From assembly GCF_022846255.1 (NCBI RefSeq), contig NZ_AP025682.1: a DNA stretch of 64,000 nucleotides, one strand, 5' to 3'. Positions 47,198 through 58,582 of the stretch are shown piece by piece. Both the position numbers and the translations under genes were made by a program. The notes under the pieces are model-generated. The model did no database searches, was not told the DNA's origin, and saw only the letters and a program-made list of their open reading frames with translations. The stretch is from Escherichia coli (GTDB lineage Bacteria; Pseudomonadota; Gammaproteobacteria; Enterobacterales; Enterobacteriaceae). Numbering within the stretch: position 1 is the stretch's first letter; every line of letters begins with the position of its first letter.

Positions 47198-50100
47198 TCA
47201 GCTGATACTGATGCCTGCGGTGGCTTTCTTCATCACCACAACCAGCAAATCGCTGATACTTGCTGTGGGATACCAGTCATTTACCAGCCATGCTGACACC
47301 GAAAACTCCAGCGTCATGTGACCGTGACCGGCAGGCATATCAATAACGCCACTGTAAATCAGCGTATTATCCAACGCGGTACGGTTATAAATTTCAGCAC
47401 CGTTTTTCCGCACTATCAGACGGCATGAGGAGTAAATATCAGTATGCTCTCTCTCATGTTTAGCGCCGCTGAATGCCACCGCCGGAATAACAATCTGCCG
47501 GTCAAACGGCTGATCGTCATAAATCCTGACGGTAATGGTCCCTGATGGCCACCGTTCCGGTGCACGGGAGTCCCGGGGGAAAGCTTTGCCCACTGTTTTA
47601 ACGAGATCGCCTTCAATCTGGTTCGCGGACAGTTTTCCCAGAACCCGGCAGTTCTCGTTAATCGTGACGTTGTTGAGCGTCCCGGAGTTCGCATTCACGT
47701 TACCGCTGATATCGGCATTTTTCGCCGTCAGCCGCCCGTCCGGTGTCAGGGAAAATGCCGGAGGATTACCGCCGCTGGTAATGGTGGGAGCCGTCAGATA
47801 TTTCAGGAACACTTCGTTCATGAATATCTGATCGCCCTGACCAACAAACATCGGCTTTGTGTTGCCATTTGCAGGATTAACCATCGCAATCCTGTCCGCC
47901 GCCAGCAGCACCTGACTCTGCATGCCGTCAGGGGTGTTCTCAATACCGGCACCAATACCCGCGATATAAAGGCGTCCGTCCCGCATCTGCTGCAGCTTCA
48001 CAGCCCACATGCTGTTCAGGTTATTATTTGTATCAACCTGAACCTTCTGTATCTGCTGAATTGCCGCACTCTGGTCTTCCAGTTTCTTATTGACGGTCTG
48101 CGTGATTTCATTGCTGACACCCGTAATGGACGTCCTGATTTCAGCCAGGTCAGGCGCAAGCTGACCGTTATCAATCTGCGTCCACAACTCCTGAGCCAGA
48201 TGGGTTTTCCCTATCTCTCCTTTGAAAAAATTCAGATAGCCGGATGCATCATCACTCGGCTGGCCAACAGCCTCCACAAATGCCGATTTGCCAACGGTGT
48301 TCACACTGCGGATGTAAAAATAATAATCATGGCCCGGTTTGATATTGATACTGGCGGCTATCCAGTACAGCGCCGTGCCAAGATAGCGTGCTGTGGTTTC
48401 AACCTGCCTGATATCCGCAATCCGCTTTTCCGAGAACCAGAACTCAAACTGTACCGTCGGATCATAAACCGCAAGATGCGGCGTGGCGGTTATCTGAAAA
48501 TACCCCGGTGTCAGCTCAATCTGCGACGGCGCTGCCGGTGCGGCAATCCGGAACGATACCGATGCCGGATCGCCCTGCTGCCCCCACGCATTTACCGCCC
48601 GGACTGTCAGCCTGTAGTTCCCCAGCGCCAGTTGCCTGAAGCGGTATGTGGTTTCCGTCGTCCGGGCCATGCTGACCAGCCGCTCACTGCCGTCGTCCGC
48701 TGCCACGGTAAGGCGAAGCAGGAAGCTCACGCCCTTCACCACCTTCGGCGTGTCCCATCGCGCCAGCACCTGATATTCCCCGCTGTCTGCGGTGACTTCG
48801 GCGGTCAGGTGCTGCACCGCTGGCGGCGTGACACCATTCACCGTGCCGCTCTGGTCGCCGTCAAAGTGCGCCCCGTTATCCACGATGGCTTCTTTTTCCG
48901 GTACATGCTGCACGGCGGTGATGGCATACGTACCGTCATCGTTCTCCCGGATACTCACACAGCGGAACAGGCGCTGGCGCAGCGTCGGCAGCTTCAGCCC
49001 CCATACGCTGTATTCAGCAACACCGTCAGGAACACGGCTCACTTTCACCTTCACGCCGTCGGTGACGGACTGAACCTCCACGCTGACCGGACTCCCCTGC
49101 CCGTCAACCAGGCTTATCAGCGTGGTGCCGGAGGATGGCAGCGTGATTTCACGGTCGAGCGTCAGCGTCCGGGTCTGGCTGTTTACCGCCAGCACGCGCC
49201 CGCCGGTGCTGATACCGGCATAGTCATCATCACAGATTTCAATGACATCGCCCGGCACATGGCGAAGCCCTTCTGCGCCCACGCTGAAGTCCACGGTCTG
49301 CGTTTCCAGCAGTTCTGTTTTAATCAGCCACAGCCCGGCGCGGTGTGCCTGCCCCCGGCTGGTACAGCCAAAAGCATCCATCTTCGTGACGTTACGACCG
49401 TAACGGGCAATGGCCTGCGTGTCCTCCACAAGCTCTGTCGCCGTCTCCCAGCCGTTGTTCGGGTCAATCCAGTTCACCTCAACGGCATTATGGCGGTCTT
49501 TCAGGGCGCTGAAGCTGTAGCGGAACGGCGCGCCATCATCCGGCATCACCACATTACTGCGGTTATAGGTCCACACCTTATCCGACGGTCGGTCCTGCAC
49601 GAACGTCAGCGTCTGCCCGTTCCATACCGGCATACAGCGCATCGCCGAGCAGAAATCACTGAGCACATCCCACGCCTTGCGCTGTGTGGTCAGGTACGCA
49701 TTACAGGTGATGCGCGGCTCCGTGCCGCCAAAACCGTCCGGCACTGACTGGTCGCAATACTGGCCGATGACATACAGCGCCCATTTATCCACATCTGCCG
49801 CACCAAGACGTTTCCCCATGCCGTAGCGCGGGTGGGTCAGCATATCCCACAGACACCAGGCCATGTTGTTGCTGTATGCTGGCTTAAACGTTCCGTCCCA
49901 GATACCGCTGTATTGCCGCGTCTGCGGGTTATAGTTCGACGGCACCTGCAGAATACGCCCGCGCAGATGATAATTACGGCTCACCTGCTGGCTGCCGAAC
50001 TGCTCCGAATCCACCTGCACGCCGACCAGTGCCGTGTTCGGGTAGCACTGTTTCACATCGATGATTTCGGTGTATGACGACCAGAGCGTTTTGTTCTGCA

Positions 50101-50677
50101 GCTGGTCTGTGGTGCTGTCCGGCGTCATCCTGCGCATCCGGATATTAAACGGGCGCGGCGGCAGGTTATCCACCACCACCGAGGCCAGATACTGCGAGGT
50201 GGTTTTGCCCTTAATGGTGATGTCTTTTTCCGTCACCCAGCCACCGTTACGTTGTATCTGAACCAGCAGGCGGACTTCCGATGGATTCCTGTCCCCCTTT
50301 GAGGTGGTTTCCACCAGTGCCTGCACACCGAAGGTAAAGCGCAGACGGTCGATGTTTGCCGACGTGATGGTGCGGGTGATCGGCGTGTCGTATTTCACTT
50401 CCGTACCCAGCACCGTCTCGGAACCGGAGGATTCAAATCCCTCCGGCGGTGTCTGCTCCTGCTCACCTGCCCGGAACACCACCGTGACACCGGAGATGTT
50501 GGTATTCCCCTCACTGTCCAGCACCGGCGTACTGTTCAGCAGCACGCTTTTTAATCCATCCACCGGACCTTCAACCGGCCCTTCACTGATGGCATCAATC
50601 ACACTCAGCAACTGCGTGGATTTCAGGTTGTCCTTCGCTTCGCGCGGGGTATGCCCCTTACTGCTGCCTTTACCCAT
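47198..50677 (-). CDS. J: Tail tip / host-specificity protein J
   Basis: 1159-aa ORF. The N-terminal about 800 aa match lambda J closely. The C-terminal receptor-binding part diverges. Confidence 0.95.
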   Translation of the reverse strand: MGKGSSKGHTPREAKDNLKSTQLLSVIDAISEGPVEGPVDGLKSVLLNSTPVLDSEGNTNISGVTVVFRAGEQEQTPPEGFESSGSETVLGTEVKYDTPITRTITSANIDRLRFTFGVQALVETTSKGDRNPSEVRLLVQIQRNGGWVTEKDITIKGKTTSQYLASVVVDNLPPRPFNIRMRRMTPDSTTDQLQNKTLWSSYTEIIDVKQCYPNTALVGVQVDSEQFGSQQVSRNYHLRGRILQVPSNYNPQTRQYSGIWDGTFKPAYSNNMAWCLWDMLTHPRYGMGKRLGAADVDKWALYVIGQYCDQSVPDGFGGTEPRITCNAYLTTQRKAWDVLSDFCSAMRCMPVWNGQTLTFVQDRPSDKVWTYNRSNVVMPDDGAPFRYSFSALKDRHNAVEVNWIDPNNGWETATELVEDTQAIARYGRNVTKMDAFGCTSRGQAHRAGLWLIKTELLETQTVDFSVGAEGLRHVPGDVIEICDDDYAGISTGGRVLAVNSQTRTLTLDREITLPSSGTTLISLVDGQGSPVSVEVQSVTDGVKVKVSRVPDGVAEYSVWGLKLPTLRQRLFRCVSIRENDDGTYAITAVQHVPEKEAIVDNGAHFDGDQSGTVNGVTPPAVQHLTAEVTADSGEYQVLARWDTPKVVKGVSFLLRLTVAADDGSERLVSMARTTETTYRFRQLALGNYRLTVRAVNAWGQQGDPASVSFRIAAPAAPSQIELTPGYFQITATPHLAVYDPTVQFEFWFSEKRIADIRQVETTARYLGTALYWIAASINIKPGHDYYFYIRSVNTVGKSAFVEAVGQPSDDASGYLNFFKGEIGKTHLAQELWTQIDNGQLAPDLAEIRTSITGVSNEITQTVNKKLEDQSAAIQQIQKVQVDTNNNLNSMWAVKLQQMRDGRLYIAGIGAGIENTPDGMQSQVLLAADRIAMVNPANGNTKPMFVGQGDQIFMNEVFLKYLTAPTITSGGNPPAFSLTPDGRLTAKNADISGNVNANSGTLNNVTINENCRVLGKLSANQIEGDLVKTVGKAFPRDSRAPERWPSGTITVRIYDDQPFDRQIVIPAVAFSGAKHEREHTDIYSSCRLIVRKNGAEIYNRTALDNTLIYSGVIDMPAGHGHMTLEFSVSAWLVNDWYPTASISDLLVVVMKKATAGISIS

Positions 50678-50737
50678 TCGTCATGCTCCATAAACGACAA
50701 AACCGCCCGGAGGCGGTTTCACATAAAACATTTTGCA

Positions 50738-51409
50738 TCAGCGACCAATCACCACAACCTGACCACCGTCCCCTTCGTCTGCCGTGCTGATCTCCTGAGA
50801 AACCACGCGTGACCCCACGCGCATTTCCCCGTACAGAACAGGCAGAACATTGCCCTGGGCAACCATGTTATCCAGTGACGAGAAATACGTGTTCTGTTTG
50901 CCGTTATCTGTACTGGCTGCCGTGGGCGTCCTGGCTTTCGGTGCCAGCATCTGCGCCACACCACCAAGTACCATACTGGCACCGAGAGAAAACAGGATAC
51001 CGGTCATACCACCGGCCCCAATGGCTGCCCCCCATGCTGCAAGGGTGGCTCCGGCAGTAAAGAATGATCCGGCAATGGCGGCAGCCCCCAGAACAATCTG
51101 GAATACGCCCCCTGACTTGGCCCCGGCGACTCTGGGAACAATATGAATCACAGCGCCGTCAGGCAGAACCTCATGTAACTGCGCCGTCAATCCGGACGTG
51201 CTGACGTCCCGCCCGGAAATCCGTACCTGATACCAGCCGTCGCTCAGTTTCTGACGAAACGCCGGGAGCTGTGTGGCCAGCGCCCGAATGGCTTCAGCCC
51301 CCGTTTTCACACGAAGGTCGATGCGGCGGCCAAATCGTTGTAAATCCCCGTAAAGGCAGATGCGCGCCATGCCCGGTGACGCCAGAGGGAGTGTGTGCGT
51401 CGCTGCCAT
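50738..51409 (-). CDS. I: Tail assembly protein I
   Basis: 223-aa ORF overlapping the 3' end of K, as in lambda. Confidence 0.9.
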   Translation of the reverse strand: MAATHTLPLASPGMARICLYGDLQRFGRRIDLRVKTGAEAIRALATQLPAFRQKLSDGWYQVRISGRDVSTSGLTAQLHEVLPDGAVIHIVPRVAGAKSGGVFQIVLGAAAIAGSFFTAGATLAAWGAAIGAGGMTGILFSLGASMVLGGVAQMLAPKARTPTAASTDNGKQNTYFSSLDNMVAQGNVLPVLYGEMRVGSRVVSQEISTADEGDGGQVVVIGR

Positions 51410-52050
51410 TTGTCGGTATACCTCTCTCGTTTGCTCAGTTGTTCAGGAATATGGTGCAGCAGCTCGCCGTCGCCGCAGTAAATAGCGGCATGATTCGGCA
51501 CCGATGAACCAAAACAGCACAGCAGCACATCGCCCGGCTGCGCCGCTGACAACGGCACCTGATACAGCCCCGTTGCCTCCAGATTATCCAGATAGAGATT
51601 CTGACCGTGACGCCACCAGTCATCCTCACGATGAAAATCCGGCATCTCAATCCCCGCCAGATGATAAGCATCCCGGAACAGCGTGTAACAGTCCGTCACC
51701 CCGTGCTCAAAGCGCCGCCCGGTGAGATGCGGCACACAGCGGAACTTATGAATCGCCCCCCGGCAGACCAGCAACCACGGCAAATCACTCTGCACCTGCA
51801 GCCGCCGGTCGGCCTCACTCAGCCAGGGCAGACCACCGGGGTGGCTGTGGACCAGCGCCACAATCTCACCCTGCATTTCTGCCTGCAGCCAGTCTTCCGG
51901 CGACATACGGAAATACGCCTCCGGCTCACCGGAGATATTCACGCAGGGGAAATATCTTTCCCCCTCCGGCGTGCTTACCACGAAGCCGCACGACTCCGCT
52001 GGCGCACATCGCCGGGCGTGCGCCAGAATCGCTGATTCTGCCTGTGTCAT
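51307..52050 (-). CDS. K: Tail assembly protein K (MPN/JAMM + NlpC/P60 domains)
   Basis: ORF with HSHP JAMM-like motif and C-terminal NlpC/P60-like region. The exact start may lie downstream of the ORF-track start. Confidence 0.85.
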   Translation of the reverse strand: MTQAESAILAHARRCAPAESCGFVVSTPEGERYFPCVNISGEPEAYFRMSPEDWLQAEMQGEIVALVHSHPGGLPWLSEADRRLQVQSDLPWLLVCRGAIHKFRCVPHLTGRRFEHGVTDCYTLFRDAYHLAGIEMPDFHREDDWWRHGQNLYLDNLEATGLYQVPLSAAQPGDVLLCCFGSSVPNHAAIYCGDGELLHHIPEQLSKRERYTDKWQRRTHSLWRHRAWRASAFTGIYNDLAAASTFV

Positions 52051-52055
52051 GGGAT

Positions 52056-52754
52056 TTACTGCGAAAGTTTGTTAATGGAAAGGAAGCCGCCAAAGTTGCC
52101 GACGTTATTGCGGAACTTACAACCGCTCAGGCATTTGCTGCATTTATCCTTCGTGATATCGGACGTTGGCTGGTCATATTCATCCGCGACCGCCGGACCG
52201 TGATAACCGCACTCATCGCCGCGATAGGTCCAGGTGCAGGTGTTGGCCAGCATGATGCGCCCCGGAAAAACGGCACCATCCGTTTCCGTCGGTGTGGACA
52301 GTACAAAGGAGGCACTGACCGCACTCAGTTCGCTGCACTGCTCGATGCGCCAGCGGCTGATCACCTCCTGCTCCGGATCGGCGTCGCTGTTTCCGTTGAC
52401 GAAGTTCACCGCATCCAGAAAACGGGCGTAAACCTTACGCCTGACCACCGTTCCGCCGACCAGACTCTGCAGATCTTCCACCATCCCGGTGACCATACCG
52501 TACAGGTTAGAAACCGTCAGCGTGGGGCGCGTACTGGTGCCTTTGCCATTCAGTTCAAAACTACTCCCCTGAATGGGATACGGCTGATACTGTCGCCCCT
52601 GCCAGGTGACCGGCTCACCTTTTTCGTTCTGCTCATTACAGAAAAAATAACGTTCTCCACCGACCTCTGTCAGATCGATTTCCCAGAGCACCACGCTGGC
52701 CGACTGCTCCGCACGGGTGCATTCATTCAATGTTTCCTGCCGGATATCCTGCAT
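52056..52754 (-). CDS. L: Tail tip assembly protein L
   Basis: 232-aa ORF (MQDIRQETLNECTRAEQSASVVLWEIDL...) matching lambda L. Confidence 0.93.
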   Translation of the reverse strand: MQDIRQETLNECTRAEQSASVVLWEIDLTEVGGERYFFCNEQNEKGEPVTWQGRQYQPYPIQGSSFELNGKGTSTRPTLTVSNLYGMVTGMVEDLQSLVGGTVVRRKVYARFLDAVNFVNGNSDADPEQEVISRWRIEQCSELSAVSASFVLSTPTETDGAVFPGRIMLANTCTWTYRGDECGYHGPAVADEYDQPTSDITKDKCSKCLSGCKFRNNVGNFGGFLSINKLSQ

Positions 52755-53083
52755 CAGTTCACCACCTGTTCAAACTCTGCGCTGAACTCAACACGCAGCA
52801 TACTGACCCGCGACGACCATTTTGCGCAGGTCACCTTTATCTGCCGCCACTCATAAGGCGGCGTCCACAGAAAGGATTTCCAGCCCCCGTGCTCAGCCAG
52901 AAACGACTCCAGCGCCGTGGGCTCCCAACGGGGGACAGAAAGCGTCACGCTGTACGTTTTCAGGTTGGCATTCAGCCCGGCAGGCGCTCGCTGGGAATAG
53001 CCATCACCAAAGCGCACCTTTCTTACAGAAGGGGCCGAAGCCACATCCATACCGGGTTTCACTTTCCAGCGGAAGGTTTTCAT
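52754..53083 (-). CDS. M: Minor tail protein M
   Basis: 109-aa ORF between H and L. Confidence 0.93.
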   Translation of the reverse strand: MKTFRWKVKPGMDVASAPSVRKVRFGDGYSQRAPAGLNANLKTYSVTLSVPRWEPTALESFLAEHGGWKSFLWTPPYEWRQIKVTCAKWSSRVSMLRVEFSAEFEQVVN

Positions 53084-55641
53084 CGTCCACCTCCGGAGAA
53101 CAGGCCACCATCACGCATCTGTGTCTGAATTTCATCACGGGCACCCTTGCGGGCCATGTCATACACTGCCTTCATCATCTGTGGACCTGGCAGACCATTC
53201 GTACCGTCGTTCTGAATCACCACGTGATTGTTCTGATTAAAATTAATGCCTTCAGCCCGCCGCATCTGCGCCGGACTTCCGGCACCGCCCACATAACCAC
53301 CTTCCGCATAGCCCCGCATTAGGCGGTACAGGTTGCCGACACCAATCCGGCTGGTTGCCTCCTTCGTGAAGACAAACTCACCACGGTGAACAATCCCCGC
53401 TGGCTCATATTTGCCGCCGGTTCCCGTAAATCCTCCGGTTGCAAAATGGAATTTCGCCGCAGCGGCCTGAATGGCTGTACCGCCTGACGCGGATGCGCCG
53501 CCACCAACAGCCCCGCCAATGGCGCTGCCGATACTCCCGACAATCCCCACCATTGCCTGCTTAAGCAGAATTTCTGTCATCATGGACAGCACGGAACGGG
53601 TGAAGCTTCGCCAGTTCTGCTCACTGCCGGTCAGCATCGCCGCCATATTATGCGCAATACCATCAAAGGTCTGCGTGGCAGCACTTTTAACCTGCGACAT
53701 ACTGTCCGTGGCACTCTCTTTCCACTCGCTCCAGCCGGACCTGAGGCCTGCCATCCAGTTCCCGCGAAGCAGGTCTTCAGCCGCCCAGGTCTTTTTCTGC
53801 TCTGACATGACGTTATTCAGCGCCAGAGGATTATCGCCATACTGTTCCTTCAGGCGCTGTTCCGTGGCGTCCCGCGCTGCCTGCCGGTCAGTCAGCCCCC
53901 GGTTTTTCGCCTCAATGGCTGCCCGTTTTGCCCGTTGTTGCTGTGCGAATTTATCCGCCTGCTGCGCCAGCGCGTTCAGGCGCTCCTGATACGTAACCTT
54001 GTCGCCAAGTGCAGCCAGCTGGCGTTTGTACTCCAGCGTCTCATCTTTATGCGCCAGCAGGGATTTCTCCTGTACAGACAGCTGGCGACGTTGCGCCGCC
54101 TCCTCCAGTACCGCGAACTGACTCTCCGCCTTCCACAAATCCCGGCGCTGCTGGCTGATTTTCTCATTTGCTCCGGCATGCTTCTCCAGCGTCCGGAGTT
54201 CAGCCTGAAGCGTCAGCAGGGCAGCATGAGCACTGTCTTCCTGACGATCGCCCGCAGACACCTTCACGCCGGACTGTTTCGGCTTTTTCAGCGTCGCTTC
54301 ATAGTCCTTTTTCGCCGCCGCCATCAGCGTGTTGTAATCTGCCTGCAGAATTTTCCCGTCCTTCAGTGCCTTGTTCAGTTCTTCCTGACGGGCGGTATAT
54401 TTCTCCAGCGGCGTCTGCAGCCGTTCGTAAGCCTTCTGCGCCTCTTCGGTATATTTCAGCCGTGACGCTTCAGTATCGCTCTGCTGCTGCGCATTTTTGT
54501 CCTGTTGACTCTGCTGCTCAGCCTTCTTTCTCGCGGCTTCAAGCGCAAGACGGGCCTTTTCACGATCATCCCAGTAACGCGCCCGCGCTTCATCGTTAAC
54601 AAAATAATCATCCTTGCGCAGACTCCAGATGTCGTCCGCTTTCTTAAACGCAGCCTCTGCCTTAATCAGCATCTCCTGCGCGGTATCAGGACGACCAATA
54701 TCCAGCACCGCATCCCACATGGATTTGAATGCCCGCGCTGTCCTGTCTGCCCAGGTCTCCAGCGTACCCATGTTCTCTTTCAGGCGGCGGGTCTGGTCAT
54801 CAAACCCTTTCGTCGCGGCCTCGTTCGCCGCCTGCAATGCCCCGGCTTCATCGCCGGAACGCTGCAACTGAGCAACATACGCAATCTGCTCCGTCGTCAC
54901 GTTATGGAACTGGCGTGCCATCGCTGTCAGCCCTGACGTCGGGTCTGTGGTCAGCTTCCCGAAGGCTTCAGCGACCTTGTCCACCTCCACGCCGGATGCA
55001 GAGGAGAAACGCGCCACACTCTGGCTGATGGATGCAATCTGAGCCTCACCGCTTACTCCCGCCTTAACCAGTGCGCTGAGTGACTCGCTGGTCTGGTTAA
55101 ACGTCAGCCCTGCCGCCTGCCCGGCTCTGGACAGGACCAGCATGCGATCTGCCGTCAGACCCGACTGATTGCCGGAAAGGACCAGCGTTTTGTTGAAATC
55201 GGACAGGGTTGAGTTGCCCTGATACCAGGCATACGCCAGCGCACCGGTCGCCACCGCCAGCGAGGTGGCCCCGACCATCGGCAGGGTGATCGCACCGGCA
55301 AGCCCCCTGAACATGGGGATCATCCCGCCGAAGGAGTCCTTCACCTGCCCCCCCTGTTGCAGCAGGATCAGCCACGGACTTTGCCCGCCTGCAAGCTGCG
55401 TGGCCACGTCGGTGAACTGCGCAGGCAGCATACGCATGGCAGCTTTATACTGCCCGACGGAAATCCCCGCTTTCTGTGCAGCCAGTGCCTGTCGGCTCAG
55501 CGACTGTTCAACGACTGCCGCTGTTTTTTTCGCATCACTTTCCGTACCGGAAAAATGACGCCTGACTCTGGCCATCTGCTCGTCAAATCTGGCCGCATCC
55601 AGACTCAAATCAACGACCAGATCGCCTACCGGTTCAGCCAT
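53080..55641 (-). CDS. H: Tail tape measure protein H
   Basis: 853-aa ORF, the same length as lambda H. Coiled-coil-rich with a Gly-rich C-terminal region. Confidence 0.93.
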   Translation of the reverse strand: MAEPVGDLVVDLSLDAARFDEQMARVRRHFSGTESDAKKTAAVVEQSLSRQALAAQKAGISVGQYKAAMRMLPAQFTDVATQLAGGQSPWLILLQQGGQVKDSFGGMIPMFRGLAGAITLPMVGATSLAVATGALAYAWYQGNSTLSDFNKTLVLSGNQSGLTADRMLVLSRAGQAAGLTFNQTSESLSALVKAGVSGEAQIASISQSVARFSSASGVEVDKVAEAFGKLTTDPTSGLTAMARQFHNVTTEQIAYVAQLQRSGDEAGALQAANEAATKGFDDQTRRLKENMGTLETWADRTARAFKSMWDAVLDIGRPDTAQEMLIKAEAAFKKADDIWSLRKDDYFVNDEARARYWDDREKARLALEAARKKAEQQSQQDKNAQQQSDTEASRLKYTEEAQKAYERLQTPLEKYTARQEELNKALKDGKILQADYNTLMAAAKKDYEATLKKPKQSGVKVSAGDRQEDSAHAALLTLQAELRTLEKHAGANEKISQQRRDLWKAESQFAVLEEAAQRRQLSVQEKSLLAHKDETLEYKRQLAALGDKVTYQERLNALAQQADKFAQQQRAKRAAIEAKNRGLTDRQAARDATEQRLKEQYGDNPLALNNVMSEQKKTWAAEDLLRGNWMAGLRSGWSEWKESATDSMSQVKSAATQTFDGIAHNMAAMLTGSEQNWRSFTRSVLSMMTEILLKQAMVGIVGSIGSAIGGAVGGGASASGGTAIQAAAAKFHFATGGFTGTGGKYEPAGIVHRGEFVFTKEATSRIGVGNLYRLMRGYAEGGYVGGAGSPAQMRRAEGINFNQNNHVVIQNDGTNGLPGPQMMKAVYDMARKGARDEIQTQMRDGGLFSGGGR

Positions 55642-56068
55642 ACCGGACTCCTCCTGCGATCCCTTCTGATACTGTCATCAGCATTACGTCATCCTCCGTC
55701 ATGTCCGCCACATCCGGGGAAGCGGGGATAACTTCATTCCCGTCCGGGCCAAAGCGGACACCTCCGGCAAGCCCTGCCGCTTTCTGCATCAGCACATCAT
55801 CTTCAGGCTCTTCGTCAGCCTCGCGCCGGTTCAGCAGACTGAAATCCAGCGGATGCATATCCGGATCGCTGAAAAACAGGCTGAGTACGGTGTACGTCAG
55901 CCCGGAAAAGTGCATATCCAGCAGAACATCATGAAAATAATGGGTACTGTAAAAGCGGTGCCAGTCGGCATACTCCGTGGATGACATCCCGGCAAGCATG
56001 GCACGCCAGTCGGGTCGCCCCATCTCGCGCGCCAGTTTCAGGGCAAAACTCAGCTCACCGTCGAACAC
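55634..56068 (-). CDS. T: T segment of the G-T tail assembly chaperone (made by -1 frameshift from G)
   Basis: ORF in the -1 frame relative to G, beginning at the slippery site and overlapping the start of H. Confidence 0.8.
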   Translation of the reverse strand: MFDGELSFALKLAREMGRPDWRAMLAGMSSTEYADWHRFYSTHYFHDVLLDMHFSGLTYTVLSLFFSDPDMHPLDFSLLNRREADEEPEDDVLMQKAAGLAGGVRFGPDGNEVIPASPDVADMTEDDVMLMTVSEGIAGGVRYG

Positions 56069-56472
56069 TTTCCCGCAGAAACAGGCTCTGCAGGCCCGGC
56101 GTCCTCTGCCTGTTCAGGAGCATCATTCACCACAAACTCATACATACCGGACAGCCGGTACACCACGTTTTCAGCATGAGAAATTGCCTCTGTGGGCCAG
56201 GTGGTAAGCACTTCCCGCTCAATCTGTTTAACGGCTTCATTCATGGAAGGCAGCTTTGTCTTCTTCGGATGGTTATGCCACAGGGACATCGCCACCAGAA
56301 ACGCGCCGGTTCTGATGGCGTCTTCCACAGTAAACTTCCGGTTGCTGTCTGACTCCGCCTGTTCTGCCTGCCGTTTCATCAGGGCGAGATGCTCAATACG
56401 CTGCAGGGCTGACAGTTCAGAAAGCGTGACGGTCACACCGTTATGTTCAAATGATTCGGTTTTCAGGAACAT
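56050..56472 (-). CDS. G: Tail assembly chaperone G
   Basis: 140-aa ORF (MFLKTESFEHNGVTVTLSELSALQRIEHLALMKRQ...) matching lambda G. Confidence 0.9.
   Translation of the reverse strand: MFLKTESFEHNGVTVTLSELSALQRIEHLALMKRQAEQAESDSNRKFTVEDAIRTGAFLVAMSLWHNHPKKTKLPSMNEAVKQIEREVLTTWPTEAISHAENVVYRLSGMYEFVVNDAPEQAEDAGPAEPVSAGKCSTVS
56068..56074 (-). other. Programmed -1 ribosomal frameshift slippery heptamer G GGA AAG (G to G-T)
   Basis: GGGAAAG on the minus strand (plus-strand CTTTCCC) sits in the G frame seven codons before the G stop. A -1 shift here enters the T frame. Confidence 0.7.
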
Positions 56473-56487
56473 CGCTGACTCTCCGGA

Positions 56488-57228
56488 TTAACTGGCGGTG
56501 ACGTTGATTTCTGCAACCGCAGCAAGTTCACCATTACCGGATACGACCGGAATGTTGACCTTGCCTGCAGCAACACCTTTCACGGTGATGGTCATACCAC
56601 TGACCGACACGGTGGCTTTTGTTTTATCCGCAGACACCGCACGGAAGCTCTTGTCGGTTGCGCCCTCCGGCTGGAATGCCACGGTCAGCGTGGTGCTCTG
56701 CCCTTTCACTACGGAAGCACTGGCGGGTGTCACCGTCATGCCGGTTGTCGCCGTCACCGTGCTGCGATCTTCTGCCATCGACGGACGTCCCACATTGGTG
56801 ACCTTCACCGTGCGGGTAATCACTTCCTTCGCCGTCACCGCCTTACCGATACTGCTGACCCAGCCACGGAACACATCGACCGTGCCGTTCGGGAAGCGGA
56901 TTTTATAGGCACGGATATCACCTTCATTAAACCACGCCAGCAGCGCCTGCTGCCCCTGCTCTCCGGGCATCCACGCCAGCGTGAAGCTGGTATCTCCGGC
57001 AGATTTCTGCCCCTGCCCGGTCGCAGTCCAGTCTGCATCTTCATCATCGAGATAGCTGTCGTCATAGGACTCAGCGGTCAGTTCGCCGGGCGTCAGGTCT
57101 TTAACTTTTGCCAGACGCGACCAGTCAACGTCTGAAAGCGGGTTCGCATAAGGGTCACCGCTCCCCTTATAAACCCACAGGGTGGTCCCGGCACCTTTCA
57201 CCGGCATTGTAGGATTTGGTACAGGCAT
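56488..57228 (-). CDS. V: Major tail tube protein V
   Basis: Start placed at [23 protein letters not shown]-terminal Ig-like domain. Confidence 0.93.
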   Translation of the reverse strand: MPVPNPTMPVKGAGTTLWVYKGSGDPYANPLSDVDWSRLAKVKDLTPGELTAESYDDSYLDDEDADWTATGQGQKSAGDTSFTLAWMPGEQGQQALLAWFNEGDIRAYKIRFPNGTVDVFRGWVSSIGKAVTAKEVITRTVKVTNVGRPSMAEDRSTVTATTGMTVTPASASVVKGQSTTLTVAFQPEGATDKSFRAVSADKTKATVSVSGMTITVKGVAAGKVNIPVVSGNGELAAVAEINVTAS

Positions 57229-57235
57229 AGCGTCC

Positions 57236-57631
57236 TCACATTTCATAGGTAATGACATAAGTCAGATCGGCTGAACTCCACAGGCCCGCATCATCGTCGC
57301 GCCGGTAGTCATAGCCGCTGGCCACCATACTGGTGATCAAATCTGACAGTGCCGGGATATCGCTCATCACCGGGTAAATCCGGGACTCCATCCACGAATC
57401 CAGCTCTGAATCCGGCACCTGAGCAGGCAGGAAAACTTCGATATGCAGCTCCGCCTGCCAGGTATCGCTGTCCAGCTCTTCGCCCGTGTATTCAGCGCCG
57501 GTGAGATAAACGGCAACTGCCGGAAAATCCGCCTCATCAAAAACAGCGGGGCGACCATCAAAAAACGTCGCCCCGGTGTCATGCTTCTCCAGTGCATCCA
57601 GTACGGCTGCACGGAGTTCAGTATGTTTCAT
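57236..57631 (-). CDS. U: Tail terminator protein U
   Basis: 131-aa ORF ([26 protein letters not shown]...) matching lambda U. Confidence 0.93.
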   Translation of the reverse strand: MKHTELRAAVLDALEKHDTGATFFDGRPAVFDEADFPAVAVYLTGAEYTGEELDSDTWQAELHIEVFLPAQVPDSELDSWMESRIYPVMSDIPALSDLITSMVASGYDYRRDDDAGLWSSADLTYVITYEM

Positions 57632-58206
57632 CGCTTTATTACCATCCTCAGTTGATGCTGCAGCGCATAGCCCAGCTCTTTCGGAAGACGTTCACGCCGT
57701 ATCCGCTCAATATTTTGTTTAAACGCCGTGGTCAGCGGCACCGCCATCGGGATTTTCACTACATCAATGGGGTAACGGTTTTTCCCGGCCACACGCTGCA
57801 TGACATGCCACCGGCCATTTTTCAGTTGCTGAATAAACGCGCCGGGAATACGACGGTTACCCACCACAAGCACGCTGCCGCCACCTTTCAGGGATGAACG
57901 CTGCCCCTTTTTACGACGCCTGCGTCGGGACAGGACAATCCGCGCGTTACCCAGCTTTATTACGGGCAAATCCCCCCGGTTAACCCTGATTCTGGCCTGC
58001 GGATTTTTGACCGTGGCCCTTTTCAGCCTGGCCCTTTCCTTTACCAGTTTCCGGCGTACCTTTGTCTCACGGGCAACCTGTGACGCCGACTGCGATATCG
58101 CGGATGAAGCAACGCGGTTAATGGCCATTGCGGCGGCACCGGGCACCGCCGTTCTGCTGATACGGCTGAGGTTTTCAACGGCCTGCTCAAGACCTTTTAT
58201 GGCCAT
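57628..58206 (-). CDS. Z: Tail completion protein Z
   Basis: 192-aa ORF between FII and U. Confidence 0.9.
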   Translation of the reverse strand: MAIKGLEQAVENLSRISRTAVPGAAAMAINRVASSAISQSASQVARETKVRRKLVKERARLKRATVKNPQARIRVNRGDLPVIKLGNARIVLSRRRRRKKGQRSSLKGGGSVLVVGNRRIPGAFIQQLKNGRWHVMQRVAGKNRYPIDVVKIPMAVPLTTAFKQNIERIRRERLPKELGYALQHQLRMVIKR

Positions 58207-58217
58207 ACATCCCCCTT

Positions 58218-58571
58218 TCAGCGGCGACGGTTAACGGCAGGCGGTACGCCCCGCCCAAGCCAGAGATGACAGCTTCCGCCATCATCCGGCGAAATCCGGT
58301 CTATCCAGAAGTTTTCCTCACCGATGGTCAGCGTGTCGCCGCGCCGCAGCTGCCGCACATCATCAGTCCGGACAAACAGGGACGGGCTGGAGCCTTCAAC
58401 GCGCACGCCCTGTCCGGCATAGCTGATATTTTCAGGGTCATCAAAAACACCACGTATCACAGCACCGGACTGCTCACCGGATGTCATGGTGGCTGACGTT
58501 CCCATGTACCCGCGTATCGTTTCATCGGCGCGGGCAATGGCAGCATCGAACAGGTTATCGAAATCAGCCAC
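58218..58571 (-). CDS. FII: Head-tail joining protein FII
   Basis: 117-aa ORF (MADFDNLFDAAIARADETIRGYMG...). Confidence 0.9.
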   Translation of the reverse strand: MADFDNLFDAAIARADETIRGYMGTSATMTSGEQSGAVIRGVFDDPENISYAGQGVRVEGSSPSLFVRTDDVRQLRRGDTLTIGEENFWIDRISPDDGGSCHLWLGRGVPPAVNRRR

Positions 58572-58582
58572 AGCGCCTCCCG

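Noticed and set aside
48200-49747. 515-aa ORF on the plus strand
   Set aside because: Entirely antisense within the well-supported J gene, with Arg/Pro/His-rich composition typical of a spurious antisense frame.
53471-55558. Several plus-strand ORFs (97-176 aa) overlapping the tape measure gene H
   Set aside because: Antisense to H with biased low-complexity composition; H is syntenic and the same length as lambda H.
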